The notes beneath the pieces are model-generated. The model saw only the letters and a list, made by a program, of their open reading frames with translations, made no database searches and had not been told where the DNA came from. Both the position numbers and the translations under genes were made by a program. A stretch of DNA of 64,000 nt from Octopus vulgaris (lineage: Eukaryota): the NCBI GenBank assembly GCA_951406725.2, contig OX597822.1, forward strand, positions 52,204,001 through 52,268,000, read 5' to 3'. The stretch's first letter is position 1. Each line of letters opens with the position of its first letter. Of this stretch, positions 13,250 to 24,168 are shown piece by piece.

Positions 13250-14170
13250 AGTAATAATAATAATAATAATAATAATTGTGTACAGTGCTCAGGTGCACTA
13301 CAACTCATCTAAAGTGTATATATAATCAGGTGTAGTTTCGGCGGATTTCGGAAAGCATGCGGGCCTTAAAGGATGCAGTGTCATGGCAGTCAACAACTGA
13401 CGCAGGCAGTTTATTCCATGCTTCAGCAAATCTGAGCGTGAAAAAATGTTTCCGAAAGTCATGGGAGATGTGTTGTTTTCTGACTTTGTAGGCATGTCCA
13501 CGTGTGTTAGACACATGGAGATCAAAAAGATGTTCAGTGTTGTTGTTGGTGAGGTGGTTGATAACTTTGTGGGTGTTTACCAAGTCCGTCGCCAGACGCC
13601 GGAGCTTCAGTGAATCCATGCCCAGGGAAACAATGCGCTCAGAATATGGTAGGTGTCTGATGGAGGGTATGCGTTTGGTTACACGTCTCTGGACAGATTC
13701 CAGGAGGTCAATGTTCTGAGCAAGATAGGGGTTCCAAACTGATGATGCGAATTCCAAGTGTGGTCGTACCATAGCTGTATGCAGTTTTAAATAGATGGCT
13801 GGAGAGCGGCTAACAAAAGTCTTGCTGAGTGATGCCAAGACACCCTCGGCCATCTTGACAATTTTAGAGATATGCTTTGTCCAACGCAAATCACTGCTGA
13901 CAGTGATGCCTAGGTCACGCTCGCAAGAGGATTTCTTGATATCAGTGTTGTGGAGGGAGTATGTGGACGCAGCGTTTTTTCTCCCAAAATGCATGGTGGT
14001 ACACTTGTCCACAGCCAGTTTCAGTTGCCAGTCTGTGATCGATTGCTGCATTGTGTCTAGGTCTGATTGCAGGAAAGAGTTGTAGACATCAGGATCTGTC
14101 CTCTTGATTTCAAGGTACAGCTTGATGTCGTCTGCATATTTCAATACTGTGGCATTCTTTAAATTGGCAG
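13250..14170 (-). mobile_element. 5'-truncated CR1/L2-group LINE (RT C-terminus plus 3' end with (TTA)n tail)
   Basis: ORF 13326-14144: KYADDIKLY, ERDLGITVS, VRPHLEFASSVWNPY, LESVQRR, TRGH, FF..R...WNKLP. Simple-repeat tail at 13250-13275. Confidence 0.9.
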
Positions 14171-14516
14171 GTAGTAGGGGAGACAGGGGAGAAAATTAAG
14201 GTGAGATTTTAAAAAGTGTCACATAGGGGAAATCAAGGTAGTTACAATGAAGACTATAGATGTGTACAACTGGTAGATCCACTAGTGTTGCACCGCTATA
14301 TTTTGTAGCTATTTAAACAATGAGTTCGTGAACAGTTAATGGGTTAGATGTGTTGAGGCAATGTTCATATAAATCCATTACATACTTTTTCTATCTTCGA
14401 TTGCACTCTTTACATTAGACATATTTGAATATGAAATGTTGTAACAAATCAGTGCTGGCTATAATTTCGATAGAGAATCTGTAGAGACAATCTCAAAACG
14501 TTTTAAATATATATAT

Positions 14517-14735
14517 ACTCTTTTACTTGATTCAGTCATTTAACTACAGCCATGCTGGAGCACCACCTTAAAAGGTTTTAGTCGAAGAAATCCGCCGCAG
14601 AACTTGTTCTTTGTAAACCGAGTACTTATTCTATCGGACTATTTTGCCGAACCGCTACATTACGGGGACCTAAATACACCAGTATCGGTTGTCAAGTGAT
14701 GGTAGGGGGACAAACACAGACACAAAACATATTCC

Positions 14736-14834
<99 letters not shown>

Positions 14835-15031
14835 GCGTGCATGTGTGTGTGCGTGTGTGTATATATATATATATATGATAGGCTTCTTTCAGTTTCCGTC
14901 TACCAAATCCACTCACAAGGTTTTGGTCGGTCCGAGGCTAAAGTAGAAGACACTTACCCAAGGTGCCACGGACTGAACTTGGAACCATGTGATTGGGAAG
15001 CAAGCTTTTTACCACACAGCCATGCCTGCGC
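14517..15031 (-). mobile_element. SINE family B with long internal (TG)n
   Basis: Family B halves flank (TG)n at 14738-14860. Confidence 0.8.
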
Positions 15032-15804
15032 CGTACGTATACAGCGAGAAATAAAACGGAGGCATAGAATTATGGTGAAATGTGTAAATGAGTTTTATTA
15101 ACGATGTGTCTCGAAATGATTGCAGTTAGAAACAATAGCTACTAAGACAAAGAAAAAACCCTTTGGAAGGAGAAAGGGTGGAAATCTATTACACGTTTCA
15201 CGCATCTAAAACCCAACAAATGCTATTAATTACACTAAAACAAACTCTTGCCGTTATTCCATTAAACGAAGGGCTAAAATTTTAACAAGTTTACATTTAA
15301 TGCACAAATATAGAAGCATTTTCACGTCCACACTTAGTTTTTAATACAAGATAATATTAGCAAACAAGCATACCTGTGTTGTCAAAAATGTCGACGGTTT
15401 TATTAATGATAGAAAATGGTGCATCGAGACAATGAGAGAAACCATTGATAAATGCTAGCAATGGAGTAAATATATGTACATAAACAGAACTGAAGCACTT
15501 GAACAATCAGATACGGTTGTAACATTTCGGTTGAAAATATTATAATCCATGCAATATGAATATATATGAAACGTCCACGCTCGCATGGAACAGACAGATT
15601 TTGTATAGCCGAATGTCACCCCCGTCGCCAACCCTCATATGGAAGCAGGTGAGGATAGTCGATGGGAAAGGTATCCAAGCCTAGGCCTGATTATGTGGAA
15701 GGCTGAAAACGAAGAACATCTCTTGCATTAATGACACACAAAACCACTGCTCGAATTTAAGGCAAGGAGACAGTAAAACTAACATATACAGTAAAACACA
15801 CATA

Positions 15805-16155
15805 CAGGGTGTGGTGAATATATTGTTGTTTAAATTATGCAAAAATGAAAATAACACCGACATCTCATTTTAACAGATATATTTACTAAAATTACATAAA
15901 AATATCTTGAAATACTAAAAAGTAAATTTATTCAATAAAATCGCCATTGGGATCAACCACAGCATCCAAACTATTTCGGAATCTCCTGCAACTCTTCTGG
16001 ACTGTCTCTTTCTTTAAGTTGGTGAATGTTGCCATAATCATTGCTTTCAGTTCATCTTTGGTGTTACAAGGAGTTTTGTTAATCTCTCGCCCAACAGCGC
16101 CTCACACATAATAATCAAAGGAGTTGCAGTTTGGGGAGTTAGGTGATCATATGTT
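15805..16155 (-). mobile_element. Decayed Tc1/mariner (maT-like) 3' fragment
   Basis: Translation *SPNSPNCNSFDYYV*GAV...NTKDELKA...KSCRRFRNSLDAVVDPNGDFIE*. TA-CAGGGTG terminus near 15803. Confidence 0.7.
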
Positions 16156-16754
16156 AGTGGATAGAGAGGGTAGAAGAGCTGTGTATGTTAAAATGAAGAA
16201 AGAGGTCAAAGGAAAAGGTGAGAAAAGAAGAAGGAAAGAAATAGGAAGAGAAAATGAAAACAAGATGAGAAAATGAAAAAAAGAAGAGAAAATGAAAAAA
16301 GTGTAAGGAAGTGAAAAAAGTGAAAGAAGGAGTGTTAGATGGTGGTCAAGATATTATGAGGGGGGAATGGGAGAGGAGTAGGGGAGGGTAAGAAGTGATA
16401 AGAATGTATGTAGTGAATATGTGTGAGGTGGAGTGATATGTTACAATGGTGTTAAGGAATGGGTACAGAAAAAGATATAGGAGGAGGGTTTCTAAAGTCA
16501 GTAGTAAACCACAAATTGGAAGGAAGAATACTAAGACTGGTCAAGTTTCTATAAATAGATTTATATGCTTATTCAACTGGCTAATGTTATAGTATGGAGA
16601 GAGGAATCAGAGAGAAGGAAAGAGAGAAGTGTATATCGATATACGCACGCACACATGCACATGTATGTGTGTGTGAAATGCATTATTATATAGACTTGCG
16701 AACTAGTGAATTTAAACCTGTATGCATGCATGCATCTCTCTCTCACTCTCTCTT

Positions 16755-16794
<40 letters not shown>

Positions 16795-16796
<2 letters not shown>

Positions 16797-17202
16797 CGCA
16801 GGAGTGGCTGTGTGGTAAGTAGCTTGCTAACCAGCAACATGGTCCCGGGTTCAGTTCCACTGCTTGGCACCTTGGGCAATTGTCTTCTGCTGTAGCCCCG
16901 GGCCGACCAATGCCTTGTGAGAGGATTTGGTAGACGGAAACTGAAAGAAGCCTGTCGTATATATGTATATATGTGTATGTATGTGTGTGTGTGTTTGTGT
17001 GTCTGTGTTTGTCCCCCTAACATTACTTGACAACCGATGCTGGTGTGTTTACGTCCCCGTCACTTAGCGGTTCGGCAAAAGAGACCGATAGAATAAGTAC
17101 TGGGCTTACAAAGAATAAGTCCCAGGGTCGATTTGCTCGACTAAAGGCGGTGCTCCAGCATGGCTGCAGTCAAATGACTGAAACAAATAAAATAAAAAGA
17201 GA

Positions 17203-17203
<1 letters not shown>
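16795..17203 (+). mobile_element. SINE family B (GGCGCAGGAGTGGCTGTGTGGTAAG head)
   Basis: tRNA-like A/B-box head, internal TA/TG tract, conserved tail. Flanked by (TA)n. Confidence 0.9.
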
Positions 17204-17253
<50 letters not shown>

Positions 17254-17618
17254 CACACAGATACATATACACGTACAAATATATACGCACATACGTATAC
17301 ATACAGATGCCCATACAAATATACATGCACATCCATACACATATATATGCGCACACACGCATACCCCTAAATACATGCATAAACGCATACACGTACGCAC
17401 ATATACACGCCTACATGCACACGTACATACATATTGGAATTTACATACCACGGACAGGAAGCATTTCAACCACTTTCCTTGGATAACGGAACTGTAACTA
17501 TAACATCTTTATACATTTTTATTTTTATCTCTACATTCTATTTCCCTATATACTCCTTATTTGCTTCCTTTTCCAAAATAACTCCTCATATTGAACTCTA
17601 CTATTTCCCTCTATTTAA

Positions 17619-17852
17619 AGGTGACGAGCTGGCAGAAACGTTAGCACGCCGGGGCGAAATGCGTAGCCGTATTTCGTCTGCCGTTACGTTCGGAGTTCAA
17701 ATTCCGCCGAGGTCGACTTTGCCTTTCATCCTTTCGGGGCGATTAAATAAGTACCAGTTACGCACTGGGTTCGATGTAATCAACTTCATTTGTTTGTCTG
17801 TCCTTGTTTGTCCTCTCTGTGTTTAGCCCCTTGTGGGTAGTAAAAAAATAAA
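17619..17852 (+). mobile_element. SINE family A with 17-bp TSD
   Basis: TSD tatttccctctatttaa at 17602-17618 and 17853-17869. Confidence 0.9.
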
Positions 17853-17875
17853 TATTTCCCTCTATTTAACCATCT

Positions 17876-18096
17876 CATTTTACTCTTTTACTTGTTTCAA
17901 TCATTTAACTGTGGCTATGTAGGAGCACCGCCTTTAGTCGAGCAAATCGACCCCAGGACTTAATCTTTGTAAGCCTAATACTTATTCTATCGGTCTCTTT
18001 TGCCGAACCGCTAAGTTACGGGGATGTAAACACAGCAGCATCGGTTATCAAGCGATGTTGGGGGGACAAACAAACACAGCCACACAAACATACACG

Positions 18097-18177
<81 letters not shown>

Positions 18178-18958
18178 GTATGTATATGTATACATGTGCA
18201 TATATATGTATGCATATGTGTATGTGTATATATATATATATGTATATACGTATGTGTGTGTGTGTGTATATGTATATGTACATGTATATTGTCCGTGTAT
18301 ATATATGCATATTCTGTTGTGTGTGTATATATATATGCGCATGTGTGTATGTGTATATGTGTATCTGTATATGTTTACACGTGAGTACGTATGTATGCTT
18401 ATATGCTTGTGGCTGGGTATGCGTGCATATATGTGCGCGTGTATATGGGTTTATGTATCCATGCGGGTACGTATGTACAAGATGACCCCTTAATACGTTA
18501 CGAAGAACTAGAGGAACTAGATAAGCTGCTCAACAACTCTGATTTACAATACACTAAGTCCCCAGACGCCCCTGTTGATTTATGACACCCATGACTTCTA
18601 CGACCAGAATTTGTCATTTCCCTGACCACCATGTTTGGTCCGTAACTACTATATATCCCTTATCCTTATATTCTTTTACATTTTTTATTATTTTTATTTC
18701 TATTTTTATTTTTATAACTTTATTTTTATAACTTTATACCTTTATATTCATTTATATTTTTTTATATTTTTATATCTCTTTATATCTTTATACTCTACAT
18801 TTTTAGTTTCAGTTTCCGTGTGCCAAATCCACTCACAAGGCTCTGGTCGGCCCGAGGCGAGTGTAGAAGACACTTGCCCAAGACGCCACGCAGTGGAACT
18901 GAACCTGGAACTGTTTGGTTGGTAAGCAAGCTACTTACCACACAGTCACACCTACGCC
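17876..18958 (-). mobile_element. SINE family B interrupted by ~640 bp copied from a Penelope-like 3' region
   Basis: SINE halves at 17876-18110 and 18806-18958. The segment 18170-18805 is near-identical to ~9612-10245. Confidence 0.8.
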
Positions 18959-19394
18959 TATTTATTTTAAATTACTTTTTTGAAAAGAGAAAACATTTAT
19001 TCCCTCTCTCTCCCTCTCACACAAAAATGAAACCGAAGTGTGTTTGCGCGCGAAAGATTTTTGTTTTCTTTTTCTAAAACACTGGTATAAAACTGAAAAT
19101 ATTTAGTGGAGAAAAAGTGTGTATTTTGTTGGGATTAATTAATGATTTGACAGCAAAGAAGTAAGTAGTACTTTGTAGGTAAATTTTTACCTGTCTACTT
19201 ATATAGACACACACGCCATATATACATATATATATGCATTCATTACGAATTCACAAAAAATATTTTCAGCATAAAATACACACAATATACATGTGGACAT
19301 ATTAATCCACATTCTCTATTTATTGAATAACGAACCAAGTAATCCGCACTCTGGAAAACGTATTTTTGTAAAATGTTGAGAGTGGTGGGGTAAA

Positions 19395-19875
19395 ATTTCC
19401 CTGTGTTCCACGCCCCACCCTCTGTTTTCGGACCAAAAAAGTGTTTTGTGGCATATTAGGTCACCGTAATTCATTCAACGAAAAATGAACATCCAATGAT
19501 TCCTAGATGGAGGATCCGGCTTCCCTCCCCATCTTTTTTCCGAAAAAAATAATGGGGTTTTCTGCATATTAGGAGGTCAGAGTACTTGATTCCATGAAAA
19601 AAATTCGAATTTCTTTTTTTCTTAGTGAAAATCGTGCGGGTGTACTTCCCAATGAGAACGGGGAGGTGAAATTTCCAAGGGTTCCACCCCGTTTTCCGGA
19701 CCAATAAAGCATTTTGTGGCATATTAGGTCACTGCAATTCATTCAACGAAAATATAAAATATTCCAACGATTCCGGAATGGATGGGGTCCAGTTTTGCCC
19801 ACCCCTTTTTTCCGATTTCACTTAATTCCATGCGAATAATCCGATTTTTCTTTTCTTAGTGAAACTCGTGAGGGT
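19395..19875. repeat. Diverged ~270-bp tandem duplication
   Basis: ttttccggacc..ttttgtggcatattaggtcac..aattcattcaacgaaaa..ttcttagtgaaa occurs twice. Confidence 0.7.
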
Positions 19876-20344
19876 GAAAGTATCGAAATTTAACCAAATT
19901 TTGGAAGAACGACAATAGGTAACCTAGCAATTCATTGTTGAACATTGGAATTAGTGCGATATTTACCAGTTTATTGATTTTGCTCAAATTCTCTAAAAAT
20001 ATTAGTTTCAAATTTTGGCACAAGGCCAACAATTTCGGAGAAGGGGTTAAGTCGATAACATCGAACTCAGTACTCAACGGGTACTTATTTTATCGACCCC
20101 GAAAGGATGAAAGGCGAAGTGGACATCGGTGGAATTTGAACTCAGAACATGAAGACGAAATGTCGCCAACCATTTTCCCTGGCGTAAACATCGTGTCTAT
20201 TCCTTAGAATAAGGTAGCAGTCCGCGAAAAGTTCTTAAATTAAAAGTTTAATTGAAGTAAACTTTCTTTGTGTATTTCCTAATGGCCAGTTTCAGCACAC
20301 GATCTCAGATCAAAACAATATATAGGCAAGTACACATGTAAATA

Positions 20345-20462
<118 letters not shown>

Positions 20463-20687
20463 GTATGCAGGTCTGGGTTTGCTCCCGGATATGGATCGTA
20501 AATGTTATGACTATAGTCGAAATGTCTCCCAACGAACCATTTGCTTTAAAATAAAATTTACTTATTTGTCACCCCAGAAAATAGCTTCATACGGAACTAG
20601 GAACTAGTATATTTTGATATGTGTACTTTATGAAAATTACAAAGGGTTTAACCCCTTCTTTTTTCGATATTCATATTTAAACACACT

Positions 20688-21240
20688 AAGGCGGCGAGCT
20701 GGCAGAAACGTTAGCACGCCGGCCGAAATGCGTAGCCGTATTTCATTTGCCGTTACGTTCTGAGTTCAAATTCCGCCGAGGTAAACTTTGCCTTTCATCC
20801 TTTCGGGTTCGATAAATTAAGTGCCTGTTACGCACTGGGATCGATGTAAACGACTTAATCCCTTTGTTTGTCCTTGTTTTTCCCCTCTGTGTTTAACCCC
20901 TTGTGGGCAGTAAAGAAATAGGTATTTCGTCTGCCGCTACGTTCTGAGTTCAAATTCCTCTGAGGTCGACTTTGCCTTTCATCCTTTCGGGGTCGATAAA
21001 CTAAATACCAGTTACGCACTGGGTTCGATGTAATCAACTTAATCCCTTTGTCTGTCCTTGTTTGTCCCCTCTATGTTTAGCCCCTTGTGGACAATAAAGA
21101 AATAAGAAAATTTAGCACGCAGGGTAAAATGATTATCGACATTTGATCCGTCTTTACGTTCTGGGTTCAAATTTCGCAGGGTTCGACCTTGCCTTTCATC
21201 CTTTCGGAAAAGATAAAACAAGTACCAGTTGAACACTGCA
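20688..21240 (+). mobile_element. SINE family A head-to-tail multimer (about 3 units)
   Basis: Body sequence repeated at ~20740, ~20925 and ~21140. Confidence 0.8.
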
Positions 21241-21465
21241 GTTGTAAAATGTATTGTAAACAACCTATTTGTTGATGACTTCATTTGCCTGAAGTCCTCA
21301 CTTTTGAGATTGTTAACATTTGTTAACGATAAGAAGCTTGCTTCTCAACCACATGGTTCCGGGTTCAGTCCCACTGCGAAGCACCTTGAACAACTGTCAT
21401 CTACTATAGCCTCGGGCTGACCAAAGCCTTGTAAATGGATTTGGTAATTTGGTAGAAGGATCCCG

Positions 21466-21534
<69 letters not shown>

Positions 21535-22708
21535 CTAGCAGTATAGCCCGGCGTTGCTCGGGTTTGTTTTTTAGTTGCGCTTAAAACAGCAGACTTTGAT
21601 GTTGCGTTAACAAAGTTTTGCCATAGTTTCAATCTATGAATAAAAGTATAGTGTGGCAATCCTCGAGTTTGCCCTGAATGTGCTGCAAATGTGTAATGCC
21701 GACTTCAATTATTGGTACTCTTAGCTAATATTCCTACTATTAACATTATGGAGAAAACAATTTACCCGTAGATTTAAAGGAAAATGAAGCTCAAGTTTCG
21801 AACTGCACAGAAAATCTATTAAGAAGTTAACACTGCAACAGTATTCATTAAGAAAAAGTACACAGCAGTAAAAAAATCGTAGAACATAGGGCTTTTCATA
21901 GAAAAAAAAGCACCTTTGTGATGTAAATAATTTTTGGTCTTAACATGGTTCGATTTGAATTTTTTCTTCTACGGAATGAAGAGCAAGCCTTCTATCATAC
22001 TCTCAGTTTTGGTCAACTTGCGTTGCAGGGGCTCGGAGGAGAGAGTGTTAGTTGAAGGCTACCAAACCTGCCACACACACACACACAGCTTCAGCTTTAT
22101 AGATATAGATTCATTCAGATAAACAGTTAATATAAGGCAATGCATAGTATAGTCGCTGATGAATTATGGTTACAGCACTTCGCGATAGACAACGTTCTTT
22201 GTTCTTCCAGATGGAGCCAAAGCAAATAGGTTGTTCTGACTACCGACTCGGGAACATCCAACGTATAATTGTCCATGTGAGAAACATGGCTCCTGCAAGT
22301 GAAGCCCTGCCACGGATAATGTCTGACCCTGTGGTTTGTTTATGGACATGGCAAATACAACACGTAGGGGAAACTGTGTCCTTCTGAAACAGTAGGGTGC
22401 ATCAGCTCCTGATGTCGTAAGTGTAATCTTAGTTATTAAAACGTCCTCTCTCTTTCCAGAACCGGGAAGAATTTTGTAGACAAATTATTAACATTAGTTA
22501 TCTCCCTTGCACTGTGTTGAAGCTCAAGTTTCAAACTGCACTGATTTTTGATGTAAATAATTTTTGGTCTTAACATGGTCCGGAATGAAGAACAAGCCTT
22601 CATCTATCATACTCTCAATTTTGGTCAACTTGCGCCGCAGGGTCTCGGAGGAAATAGTGTTAGTTGAAGGCTACCAAACTTTCCACACACACAACTTCAG
22701 CTTTATAG

Positions 22709-22712
<4 letters not shown>
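21535..22712 (-). mobile_element. Composite Helitron (3' hairpin + CTAG at 21535; two 5' heads at ~22110 and ~22712)
   Basis: Minus strand ends CCCGAGCAACGCCGGG-ctatactg-CTAG. Heads read tctata..aaagctgaag. Helicase fragment inside. Confidence 0.8.
22170..22466 (-). pseudogene. Helitron PIF1-like helicase C-terminal fragment (98 codons, open)
   Basis: RRTQFPLRVVFAMSINKPQGQTL...FSHGQLYVGCSRV...TKNVVYREVL* (helicase motifs V/VI). Confidence 0.9.
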
Positions 22713-22719
<7 letters not shown>

Positions 22720-22753
<34 letters not shown>

Positions 22754-22960
22754 GTCTGCATCCCCCCTCGCCATCGCTTGACAACCGATGCTAGTGCATT
22801 TATGTCCCCGTAACTTAGCGGTTCGGCAATTTCTATTGCCGATAGAATAAGTACTAGGCTTACAAAGAATAAGTTCTGGGGTAGATTTCTTCGACTAAAA
22901 CCCTTTATGTCAGTGTTCTAGCATGGCCATAGTCAAATGACTGAAACAAGTAAAAGAATT
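22720..22960 (+). mobile_element. SINE family B, 3' part
   Basis: Family B tail sequence. Confidence 0.75.
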
Positions 22961-23137
22961 TTTAAAAAATTAAACATTACCATAATTCACCAAGAATTAT
23001 TGGTATAAATATAAATTTATAATCAGTCTAAAGAAGCTACAGGTTTTGAAGCAGTAGTCTACAAATATTCCCTTTGGAAGAGATGTTCATCAATGCAGGG
23101 TCGTTGACCGGCATGAAAGTTTAAGAAAGTTTTTCTC

Positions 23138-23375
23138 CCGCAGCTCAGTGGTTATGGTGTCAGCATCATGATCGTAAGGTTGTAGTTTCGATTCCTGGAC
23201 CGGACGACTCGTTGTGTTCTTCATTTCACATTGCTCCAGTCCACTCAGCTAGCAAAAATGAGTAACGCTGCGATGGGCTGGCGTCCCGTACAGCTGGGGA
23301 ACACATATGCCATAGAAACCGGGAAACCGGGCCCATGAGCCTGGCTAGGCTTTAAGAGGGCGCATTTATTTATTT
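23138..23375 (+). mobile_element. tRNA-headed SINE (family C head, tail shared with family D)
   Basis: gctcagtggtt..tcgattcctggaccgg head. Tail gaaaccgggcccatgagcctggctaggc is shared with the 35160 and 47745 elements. Confidence 0.75.
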
Positions 23376-23580
23376 TTTATATAATTATATCAAATCTTTT
23401 ACGTTTGCATTTTCGCGGCTGAGTTGAAATTTTGTTTATATTGGAAATAGATTAGAAATACTAAAATGCAAATAAGAAATAACTCAGCCTAAAAGTTAAA
23501 TGGATAACTCGGTTGACTATCATTCTGATGAAAAAAATTAAATTTATAGATTAAACAACGAAATTGTGGTAGATATATGT

Positions 23581-23586
23581 TTTATT
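23581..23586 (-). terminator. Putative polyadenylation signal AATAAA of copy 2
   Basis: About 60 nt downstream of the predicted stop at 23648. Confidence 0.5.
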
Positions 23587-23647
23587 TTAAAAAATTATAT
23601 TTGAGGTATCACAATTATTGAAATTATCAAAATAAATTAATAGTTCT

Positions 23648-23665
23648 TCATCCGTACTGTTGTTT
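23648..23665 (-). CDS. Terminal coding micro-exon of copy 2 (KQQYG*)
   Basis: Acceptor tttattttattgcag|AAA CAA CAG TAC GGA TGA. Phase 0 matches the donor CAG|GTGAGT at 24169. Confidence 0.65.
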   Translation of the reverse strand, partial: KQQYG

Positions 23666-24168
23666 CTGCAATAAAATAAATTTGCAAGAAATTAATATAT
23701 TTATCGGACTGGATATACACATTGTATTTCAAATTTAGTATGACTAAGTACAATACAAAATTTAAATTTGAACAATTATACATTAGATTAAATATCACAT
23801 GATTATTACTTCAGAAATGTATCTCCAAAGAGTCTGTATCACTATTTAAACAGTTGAAAAATAAATATTTCTTAAATAAACATAAATATTTCTAACATTA
23901 AGAGCAATGTCGTGCAAATTTTACATAAGTGTCAATAACATTAAATTGAAAATTGTAAGTCAACAATTTCTTCCATATATATTATTGAATGTATGCATAT
24001 ATATGAAAAAACTTAGAAGAGAAAAGTTTGTATGCTAAATATCATCTAATTGCTGGGTGATTATTTTCTGTTTAATATGAGAAATAAAATGGGGGTTGCA
24101 AAGGGTAAAGGATGGATTAAATTAGTTACGTTAGGGACAGTAAAACACTAATAAAACACTTTACTCAC

